Shown here: piece by piece, positions 49,601 to 61,998 of the stretch | Layout: each line of letters starts with the position of its first letter | How positions within the stretch are numbered: position 1 is the stretch's first letter | NCBI GenBank assembly: GCA_964270895.1 | Contig: OZ185441.1 | Reading direction: 5' to 3' (one strand) | Origin: Podarcis filfolensis | Lineage: Eukaryota | Length of the DNA stretch: 64,000 bases | Notes under the pieces: generated by a model | The model's database searches: none | Seen by the model: only the letters and a program-made list of their open reading frames with translations | Told to the model about the DNA's origin: nothing | Position numbers and translations under genes: made by a program

Positions 49601-51036
49601 CAGCTCAGGCAAGGTCCTCTAGCCCTTTTCAATAGCTTTCTACAAAATCATTTGTAACCAGCATTCTTACAAAGCACAGCCCACCAAGAAATTGACTTGA
49701 ACAAGCCTCTTGGGAACCAACAGGAAATGTGTGAGGCAGTTGCATCTACTTTATCAAGGCTGTCTCCAGGTTTGAGGATGCCTAGGGTGAAATTATCTCT
49801 ACAGGGCTTAGCTGTGGCAGCAGAACTTTGAGTTCCCCAACAAGTAGCACCAGGTGACTGAGTCAAGACACCATCTTAATTTCCCACAATGCTTCAGAGT
49901 GATCCTACCTCGAGATTTAATATGGCAACTAGACCTATGTAGCTATCCAGTGCTGTTTAGTCTTCAACAGTTTGGGAGTGTCTTGCAATTCCTCCTACCT
50001 TTGGATTTGGCTACAGTGTGTTGAAAAAAATGCTATAGGGTCTTCTTTAGGCATTTAGGACTTTGCATATGAAGCAACCAATTTTTACTTGGATCTAGGA
50101 GGCTACCAGTCTGATGAATGAATGCATTGCATGCATGGATAAATGAATGAATGGTCCCATAAGATCTTTCAGTTGTAATGGAATTTAAAAGTTAAGTAAC
50201 CTTTAACACAGAACATTTTCCCCCAAGTACCAAAATTGTTATTCACCCAGCAGTGGTGCCTTTTTCTTTTCTCTTTTCCCCCTCGCTAGACAGACTGTGA
50301 AAGTAATTTGTGGCCTTTTACATCTTTAATGCAGGACAGGGCTTAGTCATTTCACAAGGAGATAGATGAGTTCAGTGTGGGTCAGTACCTCCGGGGCAAT
50401 TTGTTAATTAGGAATCCACACAGCTGTGTTCAGGTATAGCATTCTGGAAAATGCAGTGATGAATGGTGGATTCCAGCACAAAAGACTCTTGCTTTTGGAT
50501 GCTTGTGTTGCAGCTGACATTCAAGAGTAGTGGTGTTGTGTAATATCCTTAACAGCTCCATTTCCCCTCTGCTCCCCACAATATGCTCAGACATCACTGA
50601 AAAGGTAGAAGGAAGATCTAAAATAAAAACATTTATCACTCTCCTCAACAAATTTGTTTAACTCTTGCCAAAGATATAGGCTGACTTCAACATCTGAAGT
50701 TGCATCTGCCTTGGAGATTATTCTCCCTGCCGTTTGAGTTTGCCTGTTGCAGTGATAGGAAGATACCAAGTAGCCTTTATTGAACTAGACAGAAGTACAC
50801 AGAAAAGTATGCTATTTCCAGTTTTCAGATCCAGTACATAATGAAGCCTCAGAGGAATCCTGATAGACGTAAAGGTCACAGTTTTACTTTCTGTGTTAAA
50901 TACTGTAGTTGCGTTGGAATTTCAAGACGTTCTCCTGTCTCCTTCCCTGCAAGTGTCATTTGGTAACAACAATATCCAAAATGCCTGCCATGTTAGTCTG
51001 TTGCAGGGAGAAAGGGAGTGGGGGATGGCAATCAGC

Positions 51037-51109
51037 TTGTAGTGCCTTAAAGAATATTTTGGCATAAGCTTTCATAGAATAGAGCACATGTCATCAGATG
51101 TATGAAGTG
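51037..51109 (-). mobile_element. Penelope-like element terminal-repeat stub with decayed hammerhead motif
   Basis: gtagtgccttaaaga...ggcataagctttc...tcatcagatg, same architecture as the 61.4 kb stub. Confidence 0.55.
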
Positions 51110-51553
51110 CTATTCTGAATATGGGTGTAGCCAAGAGGGGACAGCAGGAGCTGCTTCCCAATCAGTAAAAAATAAAAAAAATAAAATATGAGGTTCTGCT
51201 CCCACCAAACAAAAGCCTTTCCCCCCAACCAAAATCCTGAGTACGCCCATGATTCTAAATTAACAGTATGTGTACCGATGGCTGGGCAGGGATGGGAAAT
51301 TGGTAGGGATTCAGACAGGTGTTCCTGTGCCCAATTCACTGTGTGTGTACTGTGATCTTCAAGAAAACAGATTTGCATAAAATGCCAGGTTTAATTGTTT
51401 CTCACATACATTACATCAGCAGACACTCTCTGCCCAGTTCTAGTAAAGTTGCCCATCTCAATGCAGATTTCCTGGAATTGGAGGAGAGAAAGTTGGAGGA
51501 GATAGACTTGAGGGCTTTTAAGTTTAGCAAGATATCTCAGTCATGTTCAAGTT

Positions 51554-51710
51554 AGGGCAGATCTACACCAAACATTTAAAGCACATCCAACTCACATTCA
51601 AAGCACATGACTTCCCCCAAAGAATGCTGGGAAATATAGCTTGTTAAGGGTGCTGTGAATTGTAGCCCTGTTAGTGGGAACCAAAGTTCCCAGGAACTGT
51701 TGTAAAATAG
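51554..51710. mobile_element. Partial palindromic non-autonomous DNA element (similar remnants near 11490-11630 and 59355-59460)
   Basis: catttaaagcac...ccccaaagaatgctgggaa...agttcccagg shared between the copies. Confidence 0.5.
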
Positions 51711-53040
51711 AAATGGGTGCATTCAGTAATGTTTTAACCTTTGGAAAGCAATTTCCTTTTATTTATCTGTAACCATATGGGTATAGCCTAGCCCTAGCAC
51801 AACCATTTAATGGGACTGTTCTTTTCTCCTCCTAGAAAGGTTGCTGTAAAATTGCCCATCTAACTTTTCTTCATGCATATGGAAGAAAAGATACCTAAAG
51901 GTTTTATAACCCAGAGGTCATAAAAGACTCTGGAACTTGAAGCAACTTGGTATAGCACTGATGAGCAATGTTGAATCCATCACAGTCCTAAATAAAGTCT
52001 TTGGGGAGATGTAAAGTTTCAGTGTATTTGAGACAGAGCAGAAGTAGAATTTATCAGATGAAAAAAGTGCTTTGTGCATTCATTCGCTTCCAGTTGTAAA
52101 TCACTCTCTCCTTTTTCACAATATCTATTTGTCTTCCTTTTTTCACAGCAATAAAAAGAAGTAAATTTTTTTGCCCTGTTTTAATCACCATTTAATGAAC
52201 TCATTCCGAGCATGGGAAAAGAAAGCCACAAGATTGGATAGTATGTCCAAAACTCAATTGTTTATAGAACAAAGAACATATGACAAATATTCCCCACATT
52301 TGCTTCTCAGTCATTATCAAGGTTCCAGGAAAGAAAACGGCACTTCTGGTAAGTTTTCTTTGTGCAATACCTCTTCAGTGCTGTGATACAGCAGTTCATA
52401 AGAAGAATATATGGACTCCCAGAGCAGTACATGCATAACAGTAAGAACTTTATTTCATTTCTAGTTTAGTTTTATATACCATGACAAATAATGGTGGGAA
52501 GCTATTAGGTTCGGGGGAGAATTTTGGTCCTAATTCATACTTCCAAAAACATTACACAAACCTTTTGAAATTTCCCTAATTTTGCAATGCAGTTTGCCAA
52601 CCCAAAACTTCGCTTAAAAAAAAAAAAGCATTTTGTTGCACACCACCCCAATCTCTGAGGAGAGATTCCAGGGATTTCAGATCCATCTTTCCTTTTGGGA
52701 ATGAGGCCCAGTGGAGACTTTGGTGTCATTATGATATATGGTTTATTTATACATATACACAACCTGAGCCTACTATGGAGGGGTTCACAACAAGAAGGTC
52801 TTGTTTATTCCATAGCTGTATCCTTGGATTCAAACAGAAAACAGCCATGGCCCTCTCTCGCTCTCTCTCTGTCTTTCCAGCCTGTAGCATTTTTCTCTAG
52901 GTCACATCACAGCCAACTCTGCCCTCAACACTCAGGCTTTGTCCTTCTAGCTATCTGAGAGCTAGAGGAGGGAAACCACCCATTTGCCATCAGTCATGAT
53001 GCCCCCTCTCCTTTGCTCTCTTAATGGCCCATCACCTTTC

Positions 53041-53158
53041 CAATGTTCTTTTTGTATTTTATTGTATTTTAATATTTATTTATAATATTGTATTTTAGTG
53101 TTTTGTTGGAAGCTGCCCCGAGTGGCTAGGGAAACCCAGCCAGATAGGCGGGGTATGA

Positions 53159-53200
<42 letters not shown>
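53041..53200 (+). mobile_element. 5'-truncated L2-type LINE 3' end with (TTA)n tail
   Basis: ggaagctgccccgagtggctagggaaacccagccagataggcggggtatgaat followed by (TTA)n; flanked by a 20-bp direct repeat with 1 mismatch (53021-40, 53199-218). Confidence 0.75.
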
Positions 53201-53204
<4 letters not shown>

Positions 53205-53854
53205 GCTCATCACCTTTCATAAATGAAGTTAACAACAGCAACATAGATGAGAATCAACTGGCAGATCTCTTGGTGATTTGCAGGAGGTCATTAATGATTT
53301 CTGACTCCCAATTGTTTAACAACGGCAACAAAAAACAACTCTCCCCTAAATTAACCTGCTGAAATGAAGAAAGCTGGCAGATGAGGGAAAGGATAACCAA
53401 GACTGAAGAAGAACCATGAGCTCCAGTTTTGGTACTCAGAACAAAATCCTGAACTTGCTATTATTCGATTATATGTCTTTTGCTCCTAGACTTTGTGTGG
53501 TGGATCCGAGGATTTAGTAACAGAAATGGATTATATCTTGCAAGCCTGATGTCTGTTCACCCCTGCTCTAAAAAAGACAAGTCTGGCTTTTCAATAAGCA
53601 GCTCTTGTTCTGTTAGATAAATGCTGATATGCAGAGCAACTCCTAATATAAATTCTGTTTGCCTACTGCTCATAAACTTTAGCAAGGATGAAAGCAAGGG
53701 CCAGCACCTCTCCTACCACTGAACAGATTATTGGCTCTGTTGCCCCTAGTTACCTACAAGGCAATTGAAAAGGAACTCAATTTTACATAAGAAGCAGTGG
53801 GTGGTTCAAGCAGTACAAGCATATAGCAGATGCATAATATTCCCAATTCCCCAG

Positions 53855-54427
53855 CTGGGGAACTCCCTAGGGAACCCCAGGGGAAGAAGTCTCAGAGCCA
53901 GAGGATTGGTGGTGGGATGGTGCTGAGTGGTCAGAGGGAGAAGAGAGAGCAGACTGGGAGGAAGACATGTTGCAAGCTGAAGACATAATAGGGTTTAGGT
54001 GAGCAGGAAGAGGCTGGGGCAGAGAGCAGTCCAGAATCAGAGGCAGAAGCAGAAGCTGGAGAGGAGGGGGGCCAAGAGGCAGAGATGAGGCGGGCTGCTG
54101 AAGAGGCCAGGGAGTCTTCCAGTTCTGCTGTGACCAGCTCCCCTCCCTCCGGTCTCCCAGAACATGAAGAGGAACGGAGAGGGAGCACAGAGAGACAAGA
54201 CAAAGGAGCTTCAGATTGCTGGGAAAGGACCTGGGGGAGGAGTCTTGGAGAGTGGTGGGAAGGCAGGAAACATCATTCCTCACAGCTGCCTCATTGGGGC
54301 AAGACCGACTAGGAAGAGTTGCTGTGCTCACTAGGCCTGTGTGGTTTTGGTTTCTTTGACTAAAGAGTTAAATTCACTGGTGTCTTGTGAGTTATTGCTG
54401 TTCTGCCCCAAACTGCCACTCCTGACA
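53855..54427 (+). mobile_element. Diverged Gypsy-like solo LTR (5' boundary approximate)
   Basis: Purine-rich body, decayed poly(A) signal ctaaagagttaa, 3' terminus CCTGACA. No clear TSD. Confidence 0.55.
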
Positions 54428-55497
54428 ATACGTTGCCTGATTCACATATTGCTTCTTTTGTTTATTCCCTCCGTATATCAGCCAATTTACCAATATATAA
54501 ACCCACCTATGTACCTTTTCACCTAGATATTAGTGGGGATAATTTACTCACCTGTTCCTTTCAGACAACTCTGCAGTGCCTATTGATCCAGTAATTAGAA
54601 TATTAAAGATTCATTAATATCACTTCTCTTCATCCAAGTGCATGAATCACACTGGCAGAGTTCTATGTCTAAAACTGCCAAACCAAAAATAACCTTTCCC
54701 ATCAAAGATACATTTCATTGTTATTCCTTTCCAATTTAAGAATGATTCTGAGAAAAGGAAATGGGAAGTCAGACATCTTGTTTCCTGAAACTGAATAACT
54801 TAAGGCTTGGGTGTCTTTTTTTCTTGTAAGAAGAATTGTACGGGGGAAGGTATTATTCCCAGGGGTAGCATAATACCAGCTCATTCCCTACCTTCCACAA
54901 GCTGTCTATGCAAATCTTCATCTCATTTTAGGTAATGACATGTGGGTAGAAGAGAATGGATTTCCTTTGGGAAGGTTCTATATCAGATGTGGTATTTAGT
55001 TTATGAAAACAGCAAATAGATCTGTAGGGGTCAAACCTATCAAAACCTTATTTGATCTTACTGGAAATTAGTCCCTCAGCAGCCACTACTAAAGGTGAAA
55101 TGCCACTAACCAAGTGACTTTTCAGTATGTGCATAATACAAGATTGCTCCCACTCCATCGAGTTCAGGTTCTGACATTTCTTCTATTCCACCCCCCAATA
55201 TTTATAAGCAAGCAGTACTAATGATGATCCTAACTTGTGAAGTTGCATTAAATCAGGAGCGGTGCATGCACAGTCTTTCACACATACAAAAGTTAATATG
55301 TTCTATTCTGCCTAATTGGCAGTTTCCTTAATTCTGGGGTCCTTTCAATAGTGTGGTGACTTTGAGAAAGAGTAGCAGGAAGAAGAAAGGACTGACTGAA
55401 AATGGAGGTACTGTGTCAAGCATTTGCTGGAGTCCCAAAGTTGGTAAAGGAGCCATGGGCCCAACAGTGTCACCATTCCCATGGTGTACAGATTAGC

Positions 55498-55871
55498 TTG
55501 TTGTTGTTGTTTAGTCGTTTAGTTGTGTCCGACTCTTCGTGACCCCATGGACCAGAGCACGCCAGGCACTTCTGTCTTCCACTGCCTCCCGCAGTTTGGT
55601 CAAACTCATGCTGGTAGCTTCGAGAACACTATCCAACCATCTCGTCCTCTGTCGTCCCCTTCTCCTTGTGCCCTCCATCTTTCCCAACATCAGGGTCTTT
55701 TCCAGGGAGTCTTCTCTTCTCATGAGGTGGCCAAAGTATTGGAGTCTCAGCTTCAGGATCTGTCCTTCCAGTGAGCCCTCAGGGCTGATTTCCTTCAGAA
55801 TGGATAGGTTTGATCTTCTTGCAGTCCATGGGACTCTCAAGAGTCTCCTCCAGCACCATAATTCAAAAGCA
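55498..55871 (-). mobile_element. BovB (RTE) LINE 3' fragment with open ORF end
   Basis: Encodes AFELWCWRRLLRVPWTARRSNLSILKEISPEGSLEGQILKLRLQYFGHLMRREDSLEKTLMLGK...WRALVHGVTKSRTQLND*, then a (CAA)n tail. Confidence 0.95.
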
Positions 55872-58465
55872 GAAGATCCCACCTTGTCCCTTCCAAGTTT
55901 CCTCTAGATGTTGTTGGACTACAGTTCCTATAATCCTTAAACATTGGCCTTGCTGGCTGGGACTGATGGGAGATGAAGTCCAACAACATGTGGGGAACCA
56001 CTGGTTTCCCATCTTTGCCTTCAGCCCTTGCAGCTGCCACCAATCATGTCTGCCACCACTACCCTGTTCATGAATGGGACGACTTGAGCAAGACTGCCAC
56101 TACCCAATCAGACTTGCTACCAGTTACTACCCAACCCATGCCAGCAGCCACCACAGCAGCTAGGACTCAGGAGCACCAGTGCTGGGTGGGCTAGTGACAA
56201 GGTGGGCTATGCTCAGCAGTTCAGAGGACATGCAAAAGCCAGCAAGGGATCCCTTCATTCCCACATGGTCTCCCTTTGGGTTAACCTTCTCAGGTGGGAA
56301 CTTGGAAGAGAAGTCTTGGTCTGGTAAGGCTGAGCCCAGAACTTTCTTCTACATTCCTAGGATCTGGCACCGATTCTTGAGAGAGGCTGCTGCTGAAAGG
56401 AGGCAACTCGGCTCTTTTGAACGTTATGCAGACACCACTGCAAATGCGAACAAAACACACAAACCAGTTTCTCAACTGCTTCCCCTTACCCAGGATACAT
56501 GTGGGCACTCAGAGGTGACACAAGAAGTTTTGCTGCCTGAGACAAAGGACAAGACAGCATCTTCTCTCATTGCTGAGAGGATTTCCAACACTGGTGATGG
56601 GTCAGCGTCCTCCACTGAATCTGAGGTTAGCAAGCTTACTTAGCCTGCACTAGACAAGCTGTGTGGCTGTCTTCCAACATTCATCACAGTTCCTCGGCAC
56701 CTGCTGCCTGAAGCATTTGCCTCACCCTGTCTAGTATTAGGACCAGCCTTACCTGCGCAACACAAAGCTGTGCAAAATAAACTAATTTCCTAAATAATAA
56801 AATTAACCATGAGGTGGGAGAGATAACTGGAGTCTAGAAAAAATTGGCTTTTCCTTTCTTTGAACCCAGACTCAGACAGTCCAAGGAGGGGTCAGGTTAG
56901 CCAAAAGCTCTGATAGATTGGCAATCTTTAACTCTACTTGCAGCAGGAGTTCATAGAGTTGATTCAGCATATAGGACTTAGTGTTCAGGTTCAAGTAGTG
57001 GGGCAAGAGAGTGGAATGTTCCTTTGTTGTGGTGCCAGGAACTGACCCCAACAAAGGCACATGCACAAAAGTCACCATCCACACACTATTACACCTGCAT
57101 TCTTTCCTTTTCCATGGAGAATACAGCTGCATACGAAGATTCTTTCAAGGAAAAGAGGTTGGGTTTAGCAATGACCCCTTAGGCATTTATCATCTCTAGA
57201 ACTGGAATCACTGATGAAACTATATGTAAAAGCATCTCTATAACAAAGGGACAACCCTTCTGTCTGAGATAGCAATATAATGTCTGTACTCACTTTGTAT
57301 AGGCCACTGCTTTAGTTGCTATGATACAAATGGCCACTGTTACAGCTAAATCCAAACCACAGGATCATTAAACAGGCAGGCTGTGGCTGTGTGCCCAATG
57401 CACCAGTCTACCTCTGCAAAACTCCTTCTCAGAAGGATGAATGCATCTCAGCTCACTTATTTCCAGGCTGCTGGAATCATATTCTGGTCTGATAGGCAAC
57501 AAATTACACTTGCTCTCAGTGATTCATAATCAGTCATGTCTGGGGCCCAGAAGGATTGAAATTATCACTCTGAACACAAGATGGCACTTGGAACCTATGT
57601 ATTTTAACAAAACCTGGGATGCCCTTTGGACAATTTTGGGGTGAAATTGCTATCCTTTAAAGAAAGATCTATAGCATCAAAATTCACAGCCACATGAATT
57701 CCTGAAATTGATAGTTCTTGTATCTATTATCCCATAATTTTTTGAAGGAAGTTAATGCTCTCACTTGTTTATATCCACACTGAAGTCAGATGTCTATTAA
57801 AAGCATTGCCAGACGTGTAAAGCAATCACTGGTTTGGTGTGGCAGAGGTCTATAAGCAGCCAGCGATACTGAGCAGCAATCAGATTTTTTCACAAATAAA
57901 TATTTTTTTAATTTAAAATTGAGTTGGGGGAGGGCAGGAAGGAGAGGGTTTCCAATGCCTTCCTGCTTGTTTCCAAGGAAACACATTCATTTCTGGATGC
58001 GCTGGAGGGGGGCTGGATGTATATGCACTGTTGAAAATAGGAGGGGTGGGTCTAAGGGTTGACACAGGGGCAGAGAGATGAAAAATCAAAATAAGCAAAT
58101 TTGCAATGTATGGTCCTTGAAACTCTGAACTGGAAAACCGGCATGATTTGTATACAAAGTGGTCACGTACAGAACCACAGAGGGCAAGAGAGGACAAATA
58201 GAATAGGGGAAACATGAATTTTCAGTTGCAGTGTCTATGGTCCCTCATACACACAGCACAGATTACACTGCACACATACACTCCACATATTCACAGCCAC
58301 ACGTTCATCTCTCCCTCTGTCACACAAGCAGTCAACACACACACCTGTCTACCCCCCCACACACCATATGCATCTCTCATTCTCTCTCGGACCACACAGA
58401 CAGACACACTTCCCCTTCCGCTCCACTCTCAGACACCAACCTGGCATGTGAAGGCCACCAAATTG

Positions 58466-58555
58466 CATAGCTGTCAACTTTTTCCTTTTTTTAAGGGAAA
58501 TTCCCTTATTCCGAATAGGATTCCTCGCAAGAAAAGGGAAAAGTTGACAGCTATG
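58466..58555. mobile_element. hAT MITE, 90 bp (right half also at 32319-32377 in ADCYAP1 intron 4)
   Basis: TIRs CATAGCTGTCAACTTT / AAAGTTGACAGCTATG; 8-bp TSD CCAAATTG (58458-65) / CCAACTTG (58556-63). Confidence 0.88.
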
Positions 58556-59254
58556 CCAACTTGGCACGTACAGGAGCCAGTTTGGCAATCCCTGGTGTAG
58601 ACAATCACATTGTTACTATAAATATTTAGCCTCCATGTGTCTTTCCTCATAAACCGCAAAAAAAACCTTCGACTTTGACTGTGCTCTGCTTAAAACAGCC
58701 CAAAGTCTGTTAAAACAGGCATTTTATAGAGTCCTACAAGAATAAACCAATAAATCATTTGCTGTGGACACTGGCCAATTACAGTAATACTAGGAATCTA
58801 GAAGTGGATGGATGCACAGGGAGAGGGTGCCAGCTGGCAAGCAGGAATGAAGCCTCTACAAACTATAAATTGACTTTTAAATAAAAGATTGAAGAATCAG
58901 GGGGAGAGAGAGAGAAAAAGATAGAGGCCAGTACATTTGTTTACAATTGGGAGAAATGTGGAATTTACTCCTTCCCCCTGTCTTTTGAGATAATAAACCA
59001 CTTAGCCCCCTTGTACAATCCCAACTTAAGATCCTGTGTAATGCCCAGCACAATTGTTTTACTTCAGACCCTTACTTGCCATTCTCTTTCAGTTATACAC
59101 AAAAGGTTAACTCAATATCCCAGAATGCCATTTGAGCTATTTGTGTAAAATCGTTTGTAAAGGGCTGCTCAAATGGCGTGTGGTGATTAGATTTTTCTAC
59201 TCAGCATTGTCAAATTAATTGTTATGAGCAAGTTAAAGTGTGCATGCACGTGCA

Positions 59255-59287
<33 letters not shown>

Positions 59288-59981
59288 CACATATTCCAAC
59301 GTTTTATTCTTTTTTAATATCACCACTATGTATGTATAGTCTCCTAAAAAAAGAGCAGGCTGTGTACATACCAGACATTTAAAGCACATTTAAACTGCAT
59401 TATTCCCGCCCCATCCAGTGTAAGGTATGTATTATCAACTCAGTGTAGTATCTAGCACACTTACCCTTTAAGAGAAACAACTGGAGAGATGTCCTGGAGA
59501 GCGGACTCAAAACTGGCTGTAGAAGTTTGCCACTACTTTAGGCAGGCTCCCAGGCCTCTTTAGAAATAATGTTTGTTAACCATTAACTCAGCCTGTCGTG
59601 AGTTTCTGCATAAACAGTTGAAAAGAACATATGGTGTCAGAAGTTTTCTGGGACATGCTTTTCACACAGAGCAAAACAATAAGTATGCCATCCATGGATT
59701 TTGAAACTAGAAGCACAGCAGAGAACTGGACTAGATGAAAAGAGGTGATGGATCTGCTGTTTTCAGGACCAGAAGCAGCTGAATCCCTTTTGGTCTGAAG
59801 CCCCAAAGCTGCTCATTTTCCAATATGTTTTATATATTTGACAAAGTATATATACTACTTGATTGTAGTAAAACCTCTAAGTGATTTGCAAAAATATCAA
59901 TGCTATCAAGAAAAACAGTTTAAAACATTTTAAAATAATTAAAATTAATAGTAAAAAAAAAGATTAAAGCACTACAGCATA

Positions 59982-60085
59982 CCATATTTACTCAAGTCTA
60001 ATGCGCCATCGAATCTAATGCGCACCTTAATTTTCACAACGTCATTTGGCCCAAAAAGGTGAGCATTAGATTTGAGTAAATACAG
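59982..60085. mobile_element. Tc2/pogo-like mini-MITE, 104 bp
   Basis: 23-bp TIRs (CCATATTTACTCAAGTCTAATGC vs CTGTATTTACTCAAATCTAATGC), TA duplication at 59980-81 and 60086-87. Confidence 0.8.
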
Positions 60086-61383
60086 TATATGTATTTACAG
60101 TATATGCCTAAACAAAAATGTTTTAAACAGCTGCCAAAAAGAGGACAGCAGAGGCACCTAGAGTGCAGTGATGCATTGGGCAAAAGGGCAGGTACACCTG
60201 TAGTGCTTGGATCGCTAGTGGCAAGTTTACAGAAGCAGAAAAAACACCCCCCAAAAGGATGTTTGAACCTTTTGAGGTAGACTGCAAAGCAAGGGGAAGG
60301 GGAAGCAAATCTGTCCAATCTATTTAGCCCTCTGTCACAAAAGACTCTGGACAGTTTGTCGTTCTCCTCCGCCTCCTTCCCTACTTTCAGTGGGTTTAAC
60401 CGTCAACACTCCTGAAAGAAGTTCCTCCAGTCATGGCACCATCTGGTCCAGACGAGCTTGTTAGCCAACTGGGACAAGAGCACAAGTCAGCCATCATTAG
60501 GCATCAAAGACTCACCTATTATTCTGTCTGCATGCTTGCTCTGAGTCATATGCTTCCTTTCAGAAGTGATTAATGAGTCCTAACAAATGCTGTAAAAGAA
60601 TAATTATATATCTAATGCACAGGTCATTGAAAGGAAGGATAAGATGATCTGTGTATTTACTGTTCAAACATCTTTGGGTTATCAGAAAAACCTTGGCTTT
60701 CTCATAAGATCATCCAAGAAGTATATGAGTGAAATATTTTTTACAGAAAACTATTTTGAGTCATTTTCTCTAATATTCTGAAGAACACCAGCATTTGTCC
60801 TGAGAAATGAGACCAGGAATTTAAGACCTTCAGATCAATACACATTTTTAGAGTTGTATGTCTGCAGGTTATACAGTGGTACCCTGGTTCTCAAACACCT
60901 TAGTTCCCAAATGCCGAAAACCCGGAAGTAAGTGTTCTGGTTTTTTTATTTTTTCGGAAGCTGAACATCCAATGTGGTTGTCGGCTACTGTTTCCAGGGC
61001 GCCTGCACCAATCAGAAGCTGCGCCTTGGTTTTTGAACATTTCAGAAGTCAGACAGACTTCCGGAGCGGATTAAGTTTAGTGCTTTTGTTTTTGCTATTT
61101 ATTTTTTAGGCTTTTGGGTTAATTTGTTTTTGTGACTGTGTGGAACCCATTCCAGCTACTGATTGATTGATTGATTGATTGATAGTGTGACTGCGGAAAT
61201 GGATAAAAGCCTCCCATCAAAACAATGACTATATTCAGTGCAGGTAAGAAAAAAAAATAATAATAATAAATCATCTACAATATAGTCTTATTTATTTTAT
61301 AATACAGTACATTGATTATTGCTTTCATTTTCAATGGTCTCATTAGATAGTAAAAATCATGTTGAATTGCTGTTTTAGAGGTT

Positions 61384-61483
61384 CAAAACAAAATAATAAT
61401 AAAAAGTCCTTCCAGTAGCACCTTAGAGACCAACTAAGTTTGTTATTGGTATGAGCTTTCATGTGCATGCACTCTTCTTCAGA
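61384..61483 (-). mobile_element. Penelope-like terminal-repeat stub (100 bp) nested in the Tigger-like element
   Basis: agtagcaccttagagaccaactaagtttg...atgagctttc...cttcttcaga; flanked by duplicated TAGAGGTT (61376-83, 61484-91). Confidence 0.7.
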
Positions 61484-61485
61484 TA
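61450..61485 (-). ncRNA. Minimal type I hammerhead ribozyme motif (Penelope-associated, partly mutated)
   Basis: UAU-CUGAAGA-A-GAGUGCAUGCACAU-GAAA-GCUC-AUA: core CUGANGA and GAAA, 3-bp stem I (UAU/AUA), palindromic AGCU stem III. Confidence 0.6.
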
Positions 61486-61998
61486 GAGGTTGTTTTTAAA
61501 ATTCTGGAACAGATGAATCCGTTTTGCATTACTTTCTATTGGAAAGCATGCCTTGGTTTTGGAACGCTTTGGTTTTGGAATGGACTTCCAGAATGGATTA
61601 AGTTTGAGAACCTAGGTACCACTGTATTTCTATATGCTAATGTAGGTAGGTACTGTCAGGGTGTGTTGGGGTCGCACGCCAGGTGGTCATATCTCCAGAT
61701 CCAGATGGCTCCCAGTTGTTCTGGTGGGGGTGGGGAGAAGAGTCACATGAGGAAAGACAGGCAAATCTAAAACTGGCAACTGAAGATCAGATGGACCAGG
61801 AACAATAGCACTATCCAAGGCAGGTCACAGTCCATAAGCAGCAAGGCATGTTGCCAAGACTGGGGCTGCTTACAGACAAGTGGCTCTTCCACTATAAGCT
61901 TACCGTGAAAATTGCAGCGGATTTCCCACAGTATCAGGAGCATCAGAGGGCACAATGAGCTGCTGTGCTCGGGCCATTTGAAGCTCAGTACTTATCCA

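Larger units (their letters stand above)
60874..61624. mobile_element. Tigger-like non-autonomous transposon, 751 bp, with a nested insertion
   Basis: 23-bp TIRs CAGTGGTACC(ct/ta)GGTTCTCAAAC, TA duplication at 60872-73 and 61625-26. Confidence 0.9.

Noticed and set aside
55539-55907. 122-aa plus-strand ORF
   Set aside because: Antisense frame of the BovB fragment.
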